Origin: a bacterium | GTDB lineage: Bacteria > SM23-31 | Direction: 5' to 3' | NCBI GenBank assembly: GCA_965249485.1 | Contig: OZ252239.1 | Location: 3,072,001 to 3,136,000 of the forward strand | DNA length: 64,000 nucleotides | Shown: in pieces, positions 1-9,525 of the stretch | How the letters are laid out: each line of letters starts with the position of its first letter | How positions within the stretch are numbered: the first letter of the stretch is position 1 | Program-made: the position numbers and the translations under genes | Notes under the pieces: generated by a model | Told to the model about the DNA's origin: nothing | The model's input: the letters and a program-made list of their open reading frames with translations, nothing else | The model's database searches: none

Positions 1-1245
1 CCTGGTTACATCTCGCAGGACCATCATAATGCCCTGACTCATTCCATCATTTGCAAGCAAATTAGCAACATGTGCATCGACAACAGTGGTCTTATTATCT
101 TTTCGGTCCAGAGTGAACTCCTGAATAAATGTACCATGCTGCAGCTTTAATCGATCATAAATATTCTTAAAATCTAATTTCAGAAAACCTTCTATATGCG
201 CTTTATCTATTTCTGTTAAACCTGCATCAGAAAACAGGTCGTTTGCAGCTTTGTTCACTTGTATTGAACTGTCCTGCAGATCATATACAATAATTCCATC
301 AGGAAGATCTTCAATAATAAGCTGCATTTTAGTCTTCTGGCTTCGCACAACATGCTGAAGCTGGTTAAAGAGGGTCTCACCCTGTTGGGACAATTTTTCT
401 ATAAACTGTTTGTCTTCTAACGAAAATGAGCTCTGTAAATACCTGCCGACCGAAAGTACACCGAACACCCCTAAGCTGCCTTTGAGTTGTACAGTATAGC
501 TTTCAGAAATTGCTTCATCAAAGACCAATTCTTCATTTTCAAACCGAAACTCAAATGTAATGCTTTTCCCATCCAGCGAAGCACCTGCTTTCGTGAGTAA
601 AATCTCTTTCAATTGCTCAAGCGTATTTTGTCCAAGTTTTCTGGAAGATTTTACTGTAATGGTTTTCCGTCTGATATCGAGTATGGAACAAAAATCAATG
701 TGGACAGCTTCCGAAATGGATTCAAAAATACTTGCATATACTTCAGTCACATCGAAATTATATGCAAGGTTCTTAGTGAAATTGAAAATATTTGAAAGTT
801 CAACAAGATTTTTCTTGAGGAGATCGCGGTCACGCTCCGTCTGAAGATGGAGTCTGATATTTTCCCGAAAGAGCTTCTGTTTATCCAGATGAATAGTAAC
901 AAGATGATAAAGGTGCTGCACATCGAACGGTTTTGTGATAAATTGGTCGGCTCCAAGATTGACAGCCTCAATTGCTGCTTCAAGAGAGGCTCTACCTGTC
1001 ATGATGATGACAATGATATCATCATACTGCTCACGGGCTTTTTTGAGAACAGCAAGCCCATCCACTTTAGGCATTGCTAAATCTGTTAGTACAAGGTCAT
1101 AATTTGTTTTTTCAAGTTTTTGGCATGCTTCTTCACCATCTTCCGCAAAATCGAGGGCATTAAAATCTTCTTTGAGAATTTGTGAGAGAAGCTCACGAAT
1201 GTGTAGTTCATCATCAACAATGAGAATTTTATCATTTCTTGACAT
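1..1245 (-). CDS. REC-GAF-PAS signalling protein, probably a hybrid sensor kinase; runs off the window start
   Basis: Not in the ORF track; translated by hand. ATG at 1245 follows an AGAGGAG SD. MSRNDKILIVDDE...LVLTDLAMPKVDG...KPF is a receiver domain, followed by a GAF-like segment and a PAS domain (IEDLPDGIIVYD...MVLRDVTR), open to base 1. Confidence 0.85.
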   Translation of the reverse strand, partial: MSRNDKILIVDDELHIRELLSQILKEDFNALDFAEDGEEACQKLEKTNYDLVLTDLAMPKVDGLAVLKKAREQYDDIIVIIMTGRASLEAAIEAVNLGADQFITKPFDVQHLYHLVTIHLDKQKLFRENIRLHLQTERDRDLLKKNLVELSNIFNFTKNLAYNFDVTEVYASIFESISEAVHIDFCSILDIRRKTITVKSSRKLGQNTLEQLKEILLTKAGASLDGKSITFEFRFENEELVFDEAISESYTVQLKGSLGVFGVLSVGRYLQSSFSLEDKQFIEKLSQQGETLFNQLQHVVRSQKTKMQLIIEDLPDGIIVYDLQDSSIQVNKAANDLFSDAGLTEIDKAHIEGFLKLDFKNIYDRLKLQHGTFIQEFTLDRKDNKTTVVDAHVANLLANDGMSQGIMMVLRDVTR

Positions 1246-2128
1246 GAAACTCCTCTGCTACAATAGATCCTGGAAATTCATTTCTGGTTCCCCATCCCAA
1301 TTTAGATTGCAGGACATTAAAAAAACTATGTGAAGGTAAGTGGACTAAATTTAGAAAATTTGGACATTTCCGTATAAGCACTTTGCTGCCGGGCTTTAAA
1401 ATTGTTGTGACATGTCCATCTGCACTAATAGGTACTTCATCAGGTCCCGATTGCAGTTCTATTTTTATAGTGAAATCACCAGGTATTATCATTGGACGTG
1501 CGGAAAGTGTGTGGGGATAAACAGGATTAATAAGTAAATTATCAATTGTTGGATACATTATCGGACCGCCTGCAGATAGAGAATAAGCAGTAGAGCCAGT
1601 AGCTGTCGAAACAATTATACCGTTTGCAACATATGTGTGACAAAATTTATCATTGATAGTTAAAGCGAGTTTTATTGTCCGTTCATAATCACTCTTATCA
1701 ATAAAGATGTCGTTGACAGCCAACAAATGTTCTGAACCGTTAGTATCTGTCACGGCTTCGATCATAATCCGCTTTTCAACAGTAAACTTGTTTTTGACTA
1801 AGTCGTGAATTTTGTCTGGCAGTTCTTCTGGTGTGATCTCTGTTAAAAATCCAAGATGTCCAGTATTGATCCCCAATATCGGAATATTAAAATTTTCGAG
1901 TGTTTTTGCTATGTACAGGAGTGTTCCATCACCGCCAAAAGCCAGAATCATATCCGAAATTTTACCCAGCTCTTTACGGGAAACTCCTTTATCCGGCAGA
2001 TTGAGTTTTTGTACAAAGCTGTCTTCAATTACAAAAGATATATCTTGATTTTCAAGTCTGTCAATAACTTTACGGACAGGTTCATGAATTTCTTTTCGCT
2101 CGATATTACCTGTAATTCCAAATTTCAC
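1232..2128 (-). CDS. nadK: NAD kinase
   Basis: GGDGT, GINTGHLGFL, ND and TGSTAYSLSAGGP motifs; GTG start. Confidence 0.95.
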   Translation of the reverse strand: MKFGITGNIERKEIHEPVRKVIDRLENQDISFVIEDSFVQKLNLPDKGVSRKELGKISDMILAFGGDGTLLYIAKTLENFNIPILGINTGHLGFLTEITPEELPDKIHDLVKNKFTVEKRIMIEAVTDTNGSEHLLAVNDIFIDKSDYERTIKLALTINDKFCHTYVANGIIVSTATGSTAYSLSAGGPIMYPTIDNLLINPVYPHTLSARPMIIPGDFTIKIELQSGPDEVPISADGHVTTILKPGSKVLIRKCPNFLNLVHLPSHSFFNVLQSKLGWGTRNEFPGSIVAEEFHVKK

Positions 2129-2161
2129 TTTTTCTCCAACCGTACCCGCTAATGTACATGC

Positions 2162-2386
2162 TCATGACAGAATTGTTAATTGAAAATCACCATCGCTGTC
2201 TTTAACTATCTTTTGAATCTCTTTTTCAGCAGATTGCAATTTATCCTTACATATTTTCACAAGCGAAATTCCTTCCTGAAAGAGTACGACTGTATCTTCA
2301 AGCGCTACTTCTCCTTGCTCAAGGTTATGCACAATGTCATCCAGCCGTTTCAGAGCTTCTTCAAATTTTTTTTCGTTTTTTGTCAT
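2162..2386 (-). CDS. xseB: Exodeoxyribonuclease VII small subunit
   Basis: FEEALKRLDDIVHNLEQGEVALED; adjacent to xseA. Confidence 0.95.
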   Translation of the reverse strand: MTKNEKKFEEALKRLDDIVHNLEQGEVALEDTVVLFQEGISLVKICKDKLQSAEKEIQKIVKDSDGDFQLTILS

Positions 2387-2416
2387 AATCCATTTATTCC
2401 GGTTTTTGAGCGTACC

Positions 2417-3643
2417 TTAAAACAATTCTGTTACGGATGCATCTGCGTTACCATGAGCGAATTTCACCGCGATCTCATCTCCAATATCAAGCTGACGTTT
2501 ATTTTTTACGATACTATCATCTTTTTTCAGATAAGTAATGCTAAAACCTCGTTTTAGCACAGCCTCAGGATCGTACGATTTCAGCAAAAGTTCTATTTGC
2601 CGAATATAACTTATTTTATCACCGATTAGATTTTTATATGCTGATTCAAGCTTCGTGGTAAGAAGATCAAGGTGTAATGAAGATTGCTTTGCAAGTTCCA
2701 GCGGCATTTGAAGCGAACGGGACAGTTCGAGGTTTTCAACCTTATCCCTATAGAACTGTATTCTGTCCACAATCATTTTATGAATATGCTGCAATATTTC
2801 GACACAGTGTCTCCACTCCCTTGCTGCATCACGTACAACTAGCTCTGCTGCAGCTGATGGAGTAGGAGCACGCAAATCTGAGACAAAATCAGAAATAGAA
2901 AAATCAATTTCATGTCCAACAGCAGAAACAACAGGAATATCTGAATTGAATATTGCCCGTGCGACAACTTCTTCATTGAATGGCCATAGGTCTTCGAGAG
3001 AGCCACCGCCACGGCCGACAATCAGAACATCTACTGCACCATATTCATTAAAATCATTTATAGCCTGTGATATTTCTTCGGCTGCGCCATCACCTTGTAC
3101 ACGAACGGGACAGAGAATCATCTGTACACCTGGGAATCTCCGTTGAATAACACTTTTGATATCACGGATAGCAGCTCCCGTAGGTGATGTTACAATTCCT
3201 ATAGAATCCGGATAAAGGGGAAGGGGTTTTTTAAATTTTTCGTCGAACAGCCCTTCTTCATGGAGTCTTTTCTTTAATTGATCAAAGGCAATTTGTAACT
3301 CACCCACTCCAAGAGGCTGGATCAAATCTACATCAAGCTGATACCGTCCAGCCTTTTCAAAGAGCGTTACTCTCCCTTTTGCGAGTACTTTCATCCCATC
3401 CTGTGGCGTAAAAAACAGGTTCATATTTTTGCCACGCCACATAACAGACGAGAGCTGAGCTTGCTCATCTTTTAATGTGAAGTAAAAATGACCCGACGAA
3501 TGTCGTTTAAAATCGGATATTTCGCCCTCAACCCAAACTGAGTAGAATGCATCTTCCAACGTTACTTTGATAAGCCGGGTAATTTCCGATACTGTATAAT
3601 GTGTCTCGGCTTCGAGATTGTTTTCGGATTTAACCTGATGCAT
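2417..3643 (-). CDS. xseA: Exodeoxyribonuclease VII large subunit
   Basis: WVEGEISD, SGHFYFTLKD, GRGGGSLEDLW, GHEID, PTPSAAAE. Confidence 0.96.
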   Translation of the reverse strand: MHQVKSENNLEAETHYTVSEITRLIKVTLEDAFYSVWVEGEISDFKRHSSGHFYFTLKDEQAQLSSVMWRGKNMNLFFTPQDGMKVLAKGRVTLFEKAGRYQLDVDLIQPLGVGELQIAFDQLKKRLHEEGLFDEKFKKPLPLYPDSIGIVTSPTGAAIRDIKSVIQRRFPGVQMILCPVRVQGDGAAEEISQAINDFNEYGAVDVLIVGRGGGSLEDLWPFNEEVVARAIFNSDIPVVSAVGHEIDFSISDFVSDLRAPTPSAAAELVVRDAAREWRHCVEILQHIHKMIVDRIQFYRDKVENLELSRSLQMPLELAKQSSLHLDLLTTKLESAYKNLIGDKISYIRQIELLLKSYDPEAVLKRGFSITYLKKDDSIVKNKRQLDIGDEIAVKFAHGNADASVTELF

Positions 3644-3747
3644 AAGATTAAGAATGTGAGGCTATATTAAGGCAATGTGTTCTAATAAATGTTTTACGTT
3701 TATTAGAAAAAGTCCATGGATCAAAGCAGTCACCATGAACTTAATGC

Positions 3748-3843
3748 TTATTTACCCTTTTTTTTATGCCGATCCTTACGCAGGCGCTTTTTCCGTTTAT
3801 GGGTCGCTATCTTATGCCGTTTTCGCTTCTTTCCACTCGGCAA
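3748..3843 (-). CDS. 30S ribosomal protein bS22 (AURKAIP1/COX24-type), 31 aa
   Basis: Hand translation MPSGKKRKRHKIATHKRKKRLRKDRHKKKGK; TTG start after an AAGGAGGT SD; below the ORF-track size cutoff. Confidence 0.88.
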   Translation of the reverse strand: MPSGKKRKRHKIATHKRKKRLRKDRHKKKGK

Positions 3844-3877
3844 ACGCAATACCTCCTTTACAACGATTCCTTAAAAG

Positions 3878-4171
3878 TTAAATATTTCTTTTATGCTCAT
3901 CATCTACTATTATTCTCAACTCTTTGGACGGCTTAAAGACTGGTACAAATTTATTCGGAATATTTACTTTTTCACCAGTTCGGGGATTTCGAGCGGCACG
4001 CGGTTTCTTTTCCCGCACTTTAAACGTACCGAATCCTCTAATTTCAATACCTTCACCGTCCTTTAATGCTTCACGTATTGTTAATATAAAACCATTTACA
4101 ACAGCTTCAGTTTCAACTTTTGTCAGTCCGGTTGCATGTGCAATACGATTGACAACATCGGCTTTCGTCAC
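3878..4171 (-). CDS. HU/IHF-family DNA-binding protein
   Basis: MTKAD, IRGFGTF, ARNPRTGE, FKPSKEL; GTG start with AGGAGG SD. Confidence 0.95.
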   Translation of the reverse strand: MTKADVVNRIAHATGLTKVETEAVVNGFILTIREALKDGEGIEIRGFGTFKVREKKPRAARNPRTGEKVNIPNKFVPVFKPSKELRIIVDDEHKRNI

Positions 4172-4411
4172 AGATTCTCCTCCTCTACTCTTTATTCTTA
4201 GTCTGTTTGGCTGACGTATATATAATATATTATTGCAGTGCGTCTGATTTCATTTCCGATTATAACAAGACAGGAAAATCTAAGATTGACGGTGTGCGCG
4301 AATACATTGCAAGAGATTTAAGAAATCGCCGAAAGACTATATCATAGCTAAACTTACAAATGTCAAACTTAAAGATTTATTATCAAAAAGTCAAATAAAA
4401 AAAGGTTAATT

Positions 4412-6553
4412 TCACCGATAGGTAAGTGCCCTTGAATCGGATTGTGAGAAAGGAATAACCAATTTGTCTCCGGGACGGATCAAATTAGACGATCTGAGAT
4501 TATTCACACTTTTAATAGCGCTCACAGATGTATCATGAAATTGTGCTATTTCCCAAAGTGTATCGCCCCTTTTAACAGTATAAACAATATCACGTTCTTC
4601 CTTTATTTCGCTTCCATCTGCAGTAATTATTGCTGCTCTAGTCTCATCATCAGGAAGTAAATATATTGAATCTCCGGGATGAATGACACTTCTATTCGTC
4701 AAATTATTCCAGGAAAGTAAATTATTAACTGTAATACCATATTTATTCCCAATTCGAGATATCGAATCCCCTCTTCGAACAGTATGCACTACCTGCCTGT
4801 TGCCCGAGTTTGAAGAATTATTGGAATTTGTTTGTATTTGAACAGCTACACTGGCCGATTGTGGCAGCCAGACAGCAAGTTTCTGATTCGGATATATATA
4901 TCTATTCCTACTCAATCCATTCCAGGCTTGTAAATTCCGCACGCTCACTCTGTGTGCCTGAGCAATATCCCATAATGTATCGTTTTTCCTCACGATATAG
5001 TCTATCTTTTGGCGCCGGTTGGAATCCGACGGAACAGCAAGCGCAGTACTGGCAGTTATACTCCGCTCAATATATCCAGGAGTAAATCCAGAAGATGGCC
5101 GTGGTATTGTCAATCTTTGGCCTATTTGCAGTCTCCGCGCATTACTAATATTGTTAACAAGCATGATTTGGCGCTGGTCGACTTTAAAAAGATCAGAGAT
5201 TTCCGAAATTGTGTCACCTCTCCGGACGGTATACGTCAATTTTGTTATCAACTCGTTATTGGGGATTGCATTAAAATTTTCAGCAAAGTGTTTATTTGCT
5301 CCCTTTGGAAGGCGAATTGTATACGATTTATTTTTCGAATTTATCTCGGGTGTAATATAAATCTTTAACTCAGTATTCAAATCCCGGATAATTTTTTCAT
5401 CGACAACAGCTGCTTGCGCGATGACATCAAGACTTGCTTGTTTAAAAATTTCAACTTCTTCAAACTGTATCGGCTGCATTACGGGAGGAGCAAATCCGTA
5501 TTTTCTCGGATTTTTCATAACTTCTACTGCAGCAAGAAATTTCGGGACATAATCTCTTGTTTGGCGCGGAAGCGGCCAACCCAATTTCCAGAAATCTCTT
5601 GTTTTATATCTGCTTATCGCCTGTCTGATACGTCTTTCAGACACATTATACCCAGATAAGGCAAGATACCAGTTTTCATCCCAATAAAAATACAGGTCCC
5701 TCAAGTGTTTCACGGCAGCACGCGTGGCTTTGAACGGATCTCTCCGTTCATCAATATACCCATCGATCTTCAGGCCATTCCGCTTTCCTGTTGCTGATAT
5801 AAACTGCCAGAGACCTACAGCTCGTGCATACGACCTAACAACGGGATTAAAGCCGCTTTCAATCATTGCAAGATAAGCCAGTTCTCGAGGCATCCCTTCC
5901 TGGTCAAGTACTTCAAAAATCATAGGAAGATATTTACCGGAACGCTCAATATAGACTTTGAAATGTTTTCTTTGGTTACCGTAGGCAAAACGAGAAATCC
6001 ATTTTTGAACACTACTATTCATCTCTACGGGAATCGGTTTTACACGTTCACCCACTGAAAGAGAAACATTCGGTGTTATGTCGCTTTCTCGCTCAGCATT
6101 CTGTATAACCCGCAATATCTCGATTTCCTGCTGAAGAATATCACTGTCGGTATCATTAATATCGAATCCTTCTCTTCGGAGAACTTCGCGAAAATTCCTG
6201 AGAATAGAATTTTTCGAATTTATATACTCAGGATATCGTATATAGTTTTCATCTTCTTCATAATCCGCAATTATGTCCAGTGCTTCTTCAAATAACCTCC
6301 TCGACTCAAGAAGATTTCCCTGCACATAAAAATCCCAGGCGCTTGCATCCATTGCCTGGAGTATTCGTACAATCTCCGGCTGCAAATTGACTGCAAGATT
6401 ATCAGGAAAATTATTTGTTGGAGGGATACGTTTAGGGGAAGCTTTTTGAGTTGTTTGTGTGGGTGGATTGGGTGATGTTTCGGCAATATGTTTCGTGCAA
6501 GACGTAGATACGGTAAGAATAATAAGCAAACCGGCCAGAACACGAATATTCAT
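4412..6553 (-). CDS. mltD: MltD-like lytic transglycosylase with four LysM domains; probable lipoprotein
   Basis: LAMIESGF, GLWQFI and YVPKFLA SLT motifs; four xTVxxGDT/S-type LysM repeats. Start placed at ATG 6553 (GGAG SD, signal peptide ending TSC) rather than 6613. Confidence 0.88.
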   Translation of the reverse strand: MNIRVLAGLLIILTVSTSCTKHIAETSPNPPTQTTQKASPKRIPPTNNFPDNLAVNLQPEIVRILQAMDASAWDFYVQGNLLESRRLFEEALDIIADYEEDENYIRYPEYINSKNSILRNFREVLRREGFDINDTDSDILQQEIEILRVIQNAERESDITPNVSLSVGERVKPIPVEMNSSVQKWISRFAYGNQRKHFKVYIERSGKYLPMIFEVLDQEGMPRELAYLAMIESGFNPVVRSYARAVGLWQFISATGKRNGLKIDGYIDERRDPFKATRAAVKHLRDLYFYWDENWYLALSGYNVSERRIRQAISRYKTRDFWKLGWPLPRQTRDYVPKFLAAVEVMKNPRKYGFAPPVMQPIQFEEVEIFKQASLDVIAQAAVVDEKIIRDLNTELKIYITPEINSKNKSYTIRLPKGANKHFAENFNAIPNNELITKLTYTVRRGDTISEISDLFKVDQRQIMLVNNISNARRLQIGQRLTIPRPSSGFTPGYIERSITASTALAVPSDSNRRQKIDYIVRKNDTLWDIAQAHRVSVRNLQAWNGLSRNRYIYPNQKLAVWLPQSASVAVQIQTNSNNSSNSGNRQVVHTVRRGDSISRIGNKYGITVNNLLSWNNLTNRSVIHPGDSIYLLPDDETRAAIITADGSEIKEERDIVYTVKRGDTLWEIAQFHDTSVSAIKSVNNLRSSNLIRPGDKLVIPFSQSDSRALTYR

Positions 6554-6645
6554 AAGCTTCTCCGGACTTTTCAGATAATAAGGTAATATATTAAATATCG
6601 GCACTTTATGCACAGCACTCCAACAAATGTAGAGCTAGACAATCG

Positions 6646-6987
6646 TTAACGTTTTTCCTTGATGCGAGCAGCCTTACCCGTGAGATTTCTCAGATAATAT
6701 AGTTTTGCTCGGCGGACATGTCCTCTGCTGATAACATTAATTTTTGCAATCATTGGCGATACAAGTGGAAATATTCTTTCAACACCGATACCTTCTGAGA
6801 CTTTTCGAACAGCAAAAGTCCGTGAATCACCTGAACCGCGCATTTTTATTACAACACCTTTAAAGACCTGAACTCTTTCCTTGTCCCCTTCTATAACCCG
6901 GACATGGACTTCGATTGTGTCTCCGACATTAAACTGGGGGATATCTTGTTTCTCAACTTTTTTTTCTGTAACTGTTGCTTCACTCAT
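6646..6987 (-). CDS. rplS: 50S ribosomal protein L19
   Basis: [33 protein letters not shown]; start likely ATG 6987. Confidence 0.96.
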   Translation of the reverse strand: MSEATVTEKKVEKQDIPQFNVGDTIEVHVRVIEGDKERVQVFKGVVIKMRGSGDSRTFAVRKVSEGIGVERIFPLVSPMIAKINVISRGHVRRAKLYYLRNLTGKAARIKEKR

Positions 6988-7696
6988 TACTCTTTCCCTC
7001 TGTACTTTCAAGAAATTTCACATATAAATCATTTCTAACATGCGCTGTTTTTTTCATCGACATCTCGTTGCGCCATTTTGCTATATCTTCATGATTTCCA
7101 CCCACTAACACATCAGGAACCGAAATACCCCTCCATGTCGCAGGACGCGTAAAAACAGGACAGTCAAGAAGCTGCGCATGAAACGTGTCAGTCGCAGCGG
7201 ATTCCGCATTGCCCAAAACACCATCAATTAACCGTGAAACACCATCGATAATGACAAGCGCCGGGATTTCACCACCTGACAAGACATAGTCGCCAACAGA
7301 AACTTCTTCATCGATCCACATGTCGATGACACGTTGGTCAACGCCTTTATATCTGCCGCACAATATAACTAATGTTTCATACTGTGACAACTTTTTTAAT
7401 CTTGCCTGATCAAGCCTTTTTCCCTGCGGAGACATAAATATCGTTCTGACACGTTTATTCTCTCTATCGATATCTAGCGATTCAAAAGCCTTACAAATCG
7501 GCTCCGGCATCAGAACCATTCCCGCACCACCGCCATAAGGATAATCATCAAGATGCAGATGCTTTCCGTCGGCGAAATCACGCAACGGAACCATTTCAAT
7601 ATCAACAAGCCCCTTTTCTTGGGCTCTCTTCAGTATCGTTTGGTTAAGTGGGCTTTCAAATATATCGGGAAACGCTGTTAAAACAATAAATTTCAT
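6980..7696 (-). CDS. trmD: tRNA (guanine-N1)-methyltransferase
   Basis: [31 protein letters not shown]; start likely ATG 7696. Confidence 0.96.
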   Translation of the reverse strand: MKFIVLTAFPDIFESPLNQTILKRAQEKGLVDIEMVPLRDFADGKHLHLDDYPYGGGAGMVLMPEPICKAFESLDIDRENKRVRTIFMSPQGKRLDQARLKKLSQYETLVILCGRYKGVDQRVIDMWIDEEVSVGDYVLSGGEIPALVIIDGVSRLIDGVLGNAESAATDTFHAQLLDCPVFTRPATWRGISVPDVLVGGNHEDIAKWRNEMSMKKTAHVRNDLYVKFLESTEGKSNE

Positions 7697-7746
7697 AACA
7701 AATTCACGAATTACAATCAACATGACTCAACACTTGAATCATCTTT

Positions 7747-8262
7747 TCAATCCAAATCGAAAAGCCCCTCGATCGGATCAATCACAATCTCACGTTTGTC
7801 ACAGTCAATAGACAGCACAAATTCCTTAACCATCGGAACATAGTAGGACTTATTGTGACGAACGACCTTTAACAGGTCGTTTCCGGGATTGCTCATAACA
7901 TCATCAACCTGACCCAGTTCCTCTCCGGAACCGGACCTCACAATGCAACCAATCAACTCGAAGTTATAATATTCATTTTCAGGAAGTGTTTCGAGCGATT
8001 TTTTTTCAATACCAAAATGTTTTGCTAATATCTGCTCAGCTTGTGTGCGGTTTATTACCTCTCTAAAGGTCACCCTATATATATTCTTATACTGCTGAAC
8101 GGACTCTATGGTAAGTCTCTTGTACTCTTTGTTATTACCGGTCTCCAGCACAACAGAAATATCCGGTTTCAAATTTCTTGGATCTTCAGCGAACGCCTGT
8201 ACAACAACACCCCCATTCAACCCAAATGGCCGAAGAATTTTTCCGATATATACAATATTCAC
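7747..8262 (-). CDS. rimM: Ribosome maturation factor RimM
   Basis: IGKILRPFGLNG, EYYNFELIG, C-terminal PRC barrel; canonical gene position. Confidence 0.92.
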   Translation of the reverse strand: MNIVYIGKILRPFGLNGGVVVQAFAEDPRNLKPDISVVLETGNNKEYKRLTIESVQQYKNIYRVTFREVINRTQAEQILAKHFGIEKKSLETLPENEYYNFELIGCIVRSGSGEELGQVDDVMSNPGNDLLKVVRHNKSYYVPMVKEFVLSIDCDKREIVIDPIEGLFDLD

Positions 8263-8317
8263 AATTCAATCCGGAATATCCGCTAAAACTCAATAAATCC
8301 GAATCACTCCGAGAGGA

Positions 8318-8548
8318 TTACTCCAGTATTTCTAATACAGCACGCTTTCCCGTCTTCGCAGAAGCTGCTCCCAGAAGAGTACGAATCGATTTGGCTGTCT
8401 GCCCACGTTTACCAATTACCTTCCCGAGATCGCCATCACCTACCCGCAGTTCATATACAGTAGTCCGTTCGCCTTCAACTTCTGTTACCACGACATCATC
8501 GGGTTTATCAACTAAATGTTTGGCGATAAATTCAACGAATTCTTTCAT
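8318..8548 (-). CDS. khpA: KH-domain RNA-binding protein KhpA
   Basis: [18 protein letters not shown]; lies between rpsP and rimM. Confidence 0.93.
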   Translation of the reverse strand: MKEFVEFIAKHLVDKPDDVVVTEVEGERTTVYELRVGDGDLGKVIGKRGQTAKSIRTLLGAASAKTGKRAVLEILE

Positions 8549-8709
8549 TATCCTTCTCCTTTAGGTTCTCAGGACTCAGACTAACGTTCAAAGCAATACA
8601 AATTCCCATCTAATTCTAAAAGATCCTCGTAAACCCTACCTAATTTTACGGACAATTTTACTATCAAAATTATGAAAGCAATACGTACCGGTAAATCGCA
8701 TCTATTATT

Positions 8710-9432
8710 TTATTCTGATTTTTCTTCTTCATCCAAATCTTCTTCCTGTTTCACAATATCGGTATCGGTTTCCATAGAACTTTCCAAACTCTCCTCATCA
8801 GCCACATCATCACGTGCAGCCGGCTCTTCAGCTGGAGCAGTTTCAATCACATTCTCAGCAGGTTCAGCTTCAACCACATCTTCAGTTGGTGAATCGGCCG
8901 CTTCAACAGCGGCATCATCAGCCTGAGCTACGACATCAGTTGCTTCCGGTACCGTGTCCTGTGGCACTTCCGCGTCCTGTCCAACTGCTGTTTTTGCAGG
9001 AGCTTCAGTAACTGCTACGGAATCTGCACCTTCGCTTATAACTGCTTCTGTCTGCGCGGCTTTAGCTTTTTGTTTTTCTTTTCGCTTTTCGATTTTATTT
9101 TTAAGCTTCAACTCCTGAAGAAGTCCAAACTTTTGGATCTCTTCCTGAATAATCTCTTCGGGTTTACCCTGCTTCTTCAGCTCACGCTCAAGCAAAATGC
9201 CGGAGGATGAAAACAAATTCCTGACTGTAGTACTTGGCGTCGCCCCTAAATCCAACCATTGCAGCGCCTTACCTCTGTCAATTTCAACCTTTTTTGGATT
9301 TGTCAAGGGATCAAAATATCCAATTTGTTCTACATGGCGCCCATCTCGAGGTGCCCTGCTGTCTGAAACCATTATTCGATAGAATGGACGTTTTTTACGT
9401 CCAAATCGCGAAAGTCGTATCTTCGTAGCCAC
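8710..9432 (-). CDS. rpsP: 30S ribosomal protein S16 with long acidic C-terminal tail
   Basis: KIRLSRFGRKKRPFYRI...DSRAPRDG...GATPS core; Ala/Glu/Asp-rich extension. Confidence 0.95.
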   Translation of the reverse strand: MATKIRLSRFGRKKRPFYRIMVSDSRAPRDGRHVEQIGYFDPLTNPKKVEIDRGKALQWLDLGATPSTTVRNLFSSSGILLERELKKQGKPEEIIQEEIQKFGLLQELKLKNKIEKRKEKQKAKAAQTEAVISEGADSVAVTEAPAKTAVGQDAEVPQDTVPEATDVVAQADDAAVEAADSPTEDVVEAEPAENVIETAPAEEPAARDDVADEESLESSMETDTDIVKQEEDLDEEEKSE

Positions 9433-9525
9433 TTTTCACTTGTTCCTTTAGTTATGTTTGTAGATTATAAACCATTTCATAATAATAATAAATAAGGTAT
9501 AATGTCAATAATAAAATAACTTTTC

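Noticed and set aside
560..1080. Short ORFs listed in the track
   Set aside because: Shadows of the REC-GAF-PAS gene on the minus strand (1-1245), which the track missed because it has no stop inside the window.
3675..3881. 68-aa plus-strand ORF
   Set aside because: Antisense to the bS22 gene; no recognisable motif.
8672..9060. Ser/Ala-rich plus-strand ORFs and repeat-like GCT/TCA texture
   Set aside because: Antisense reading of the low-complexity S16 tail; no true tandem repeat.
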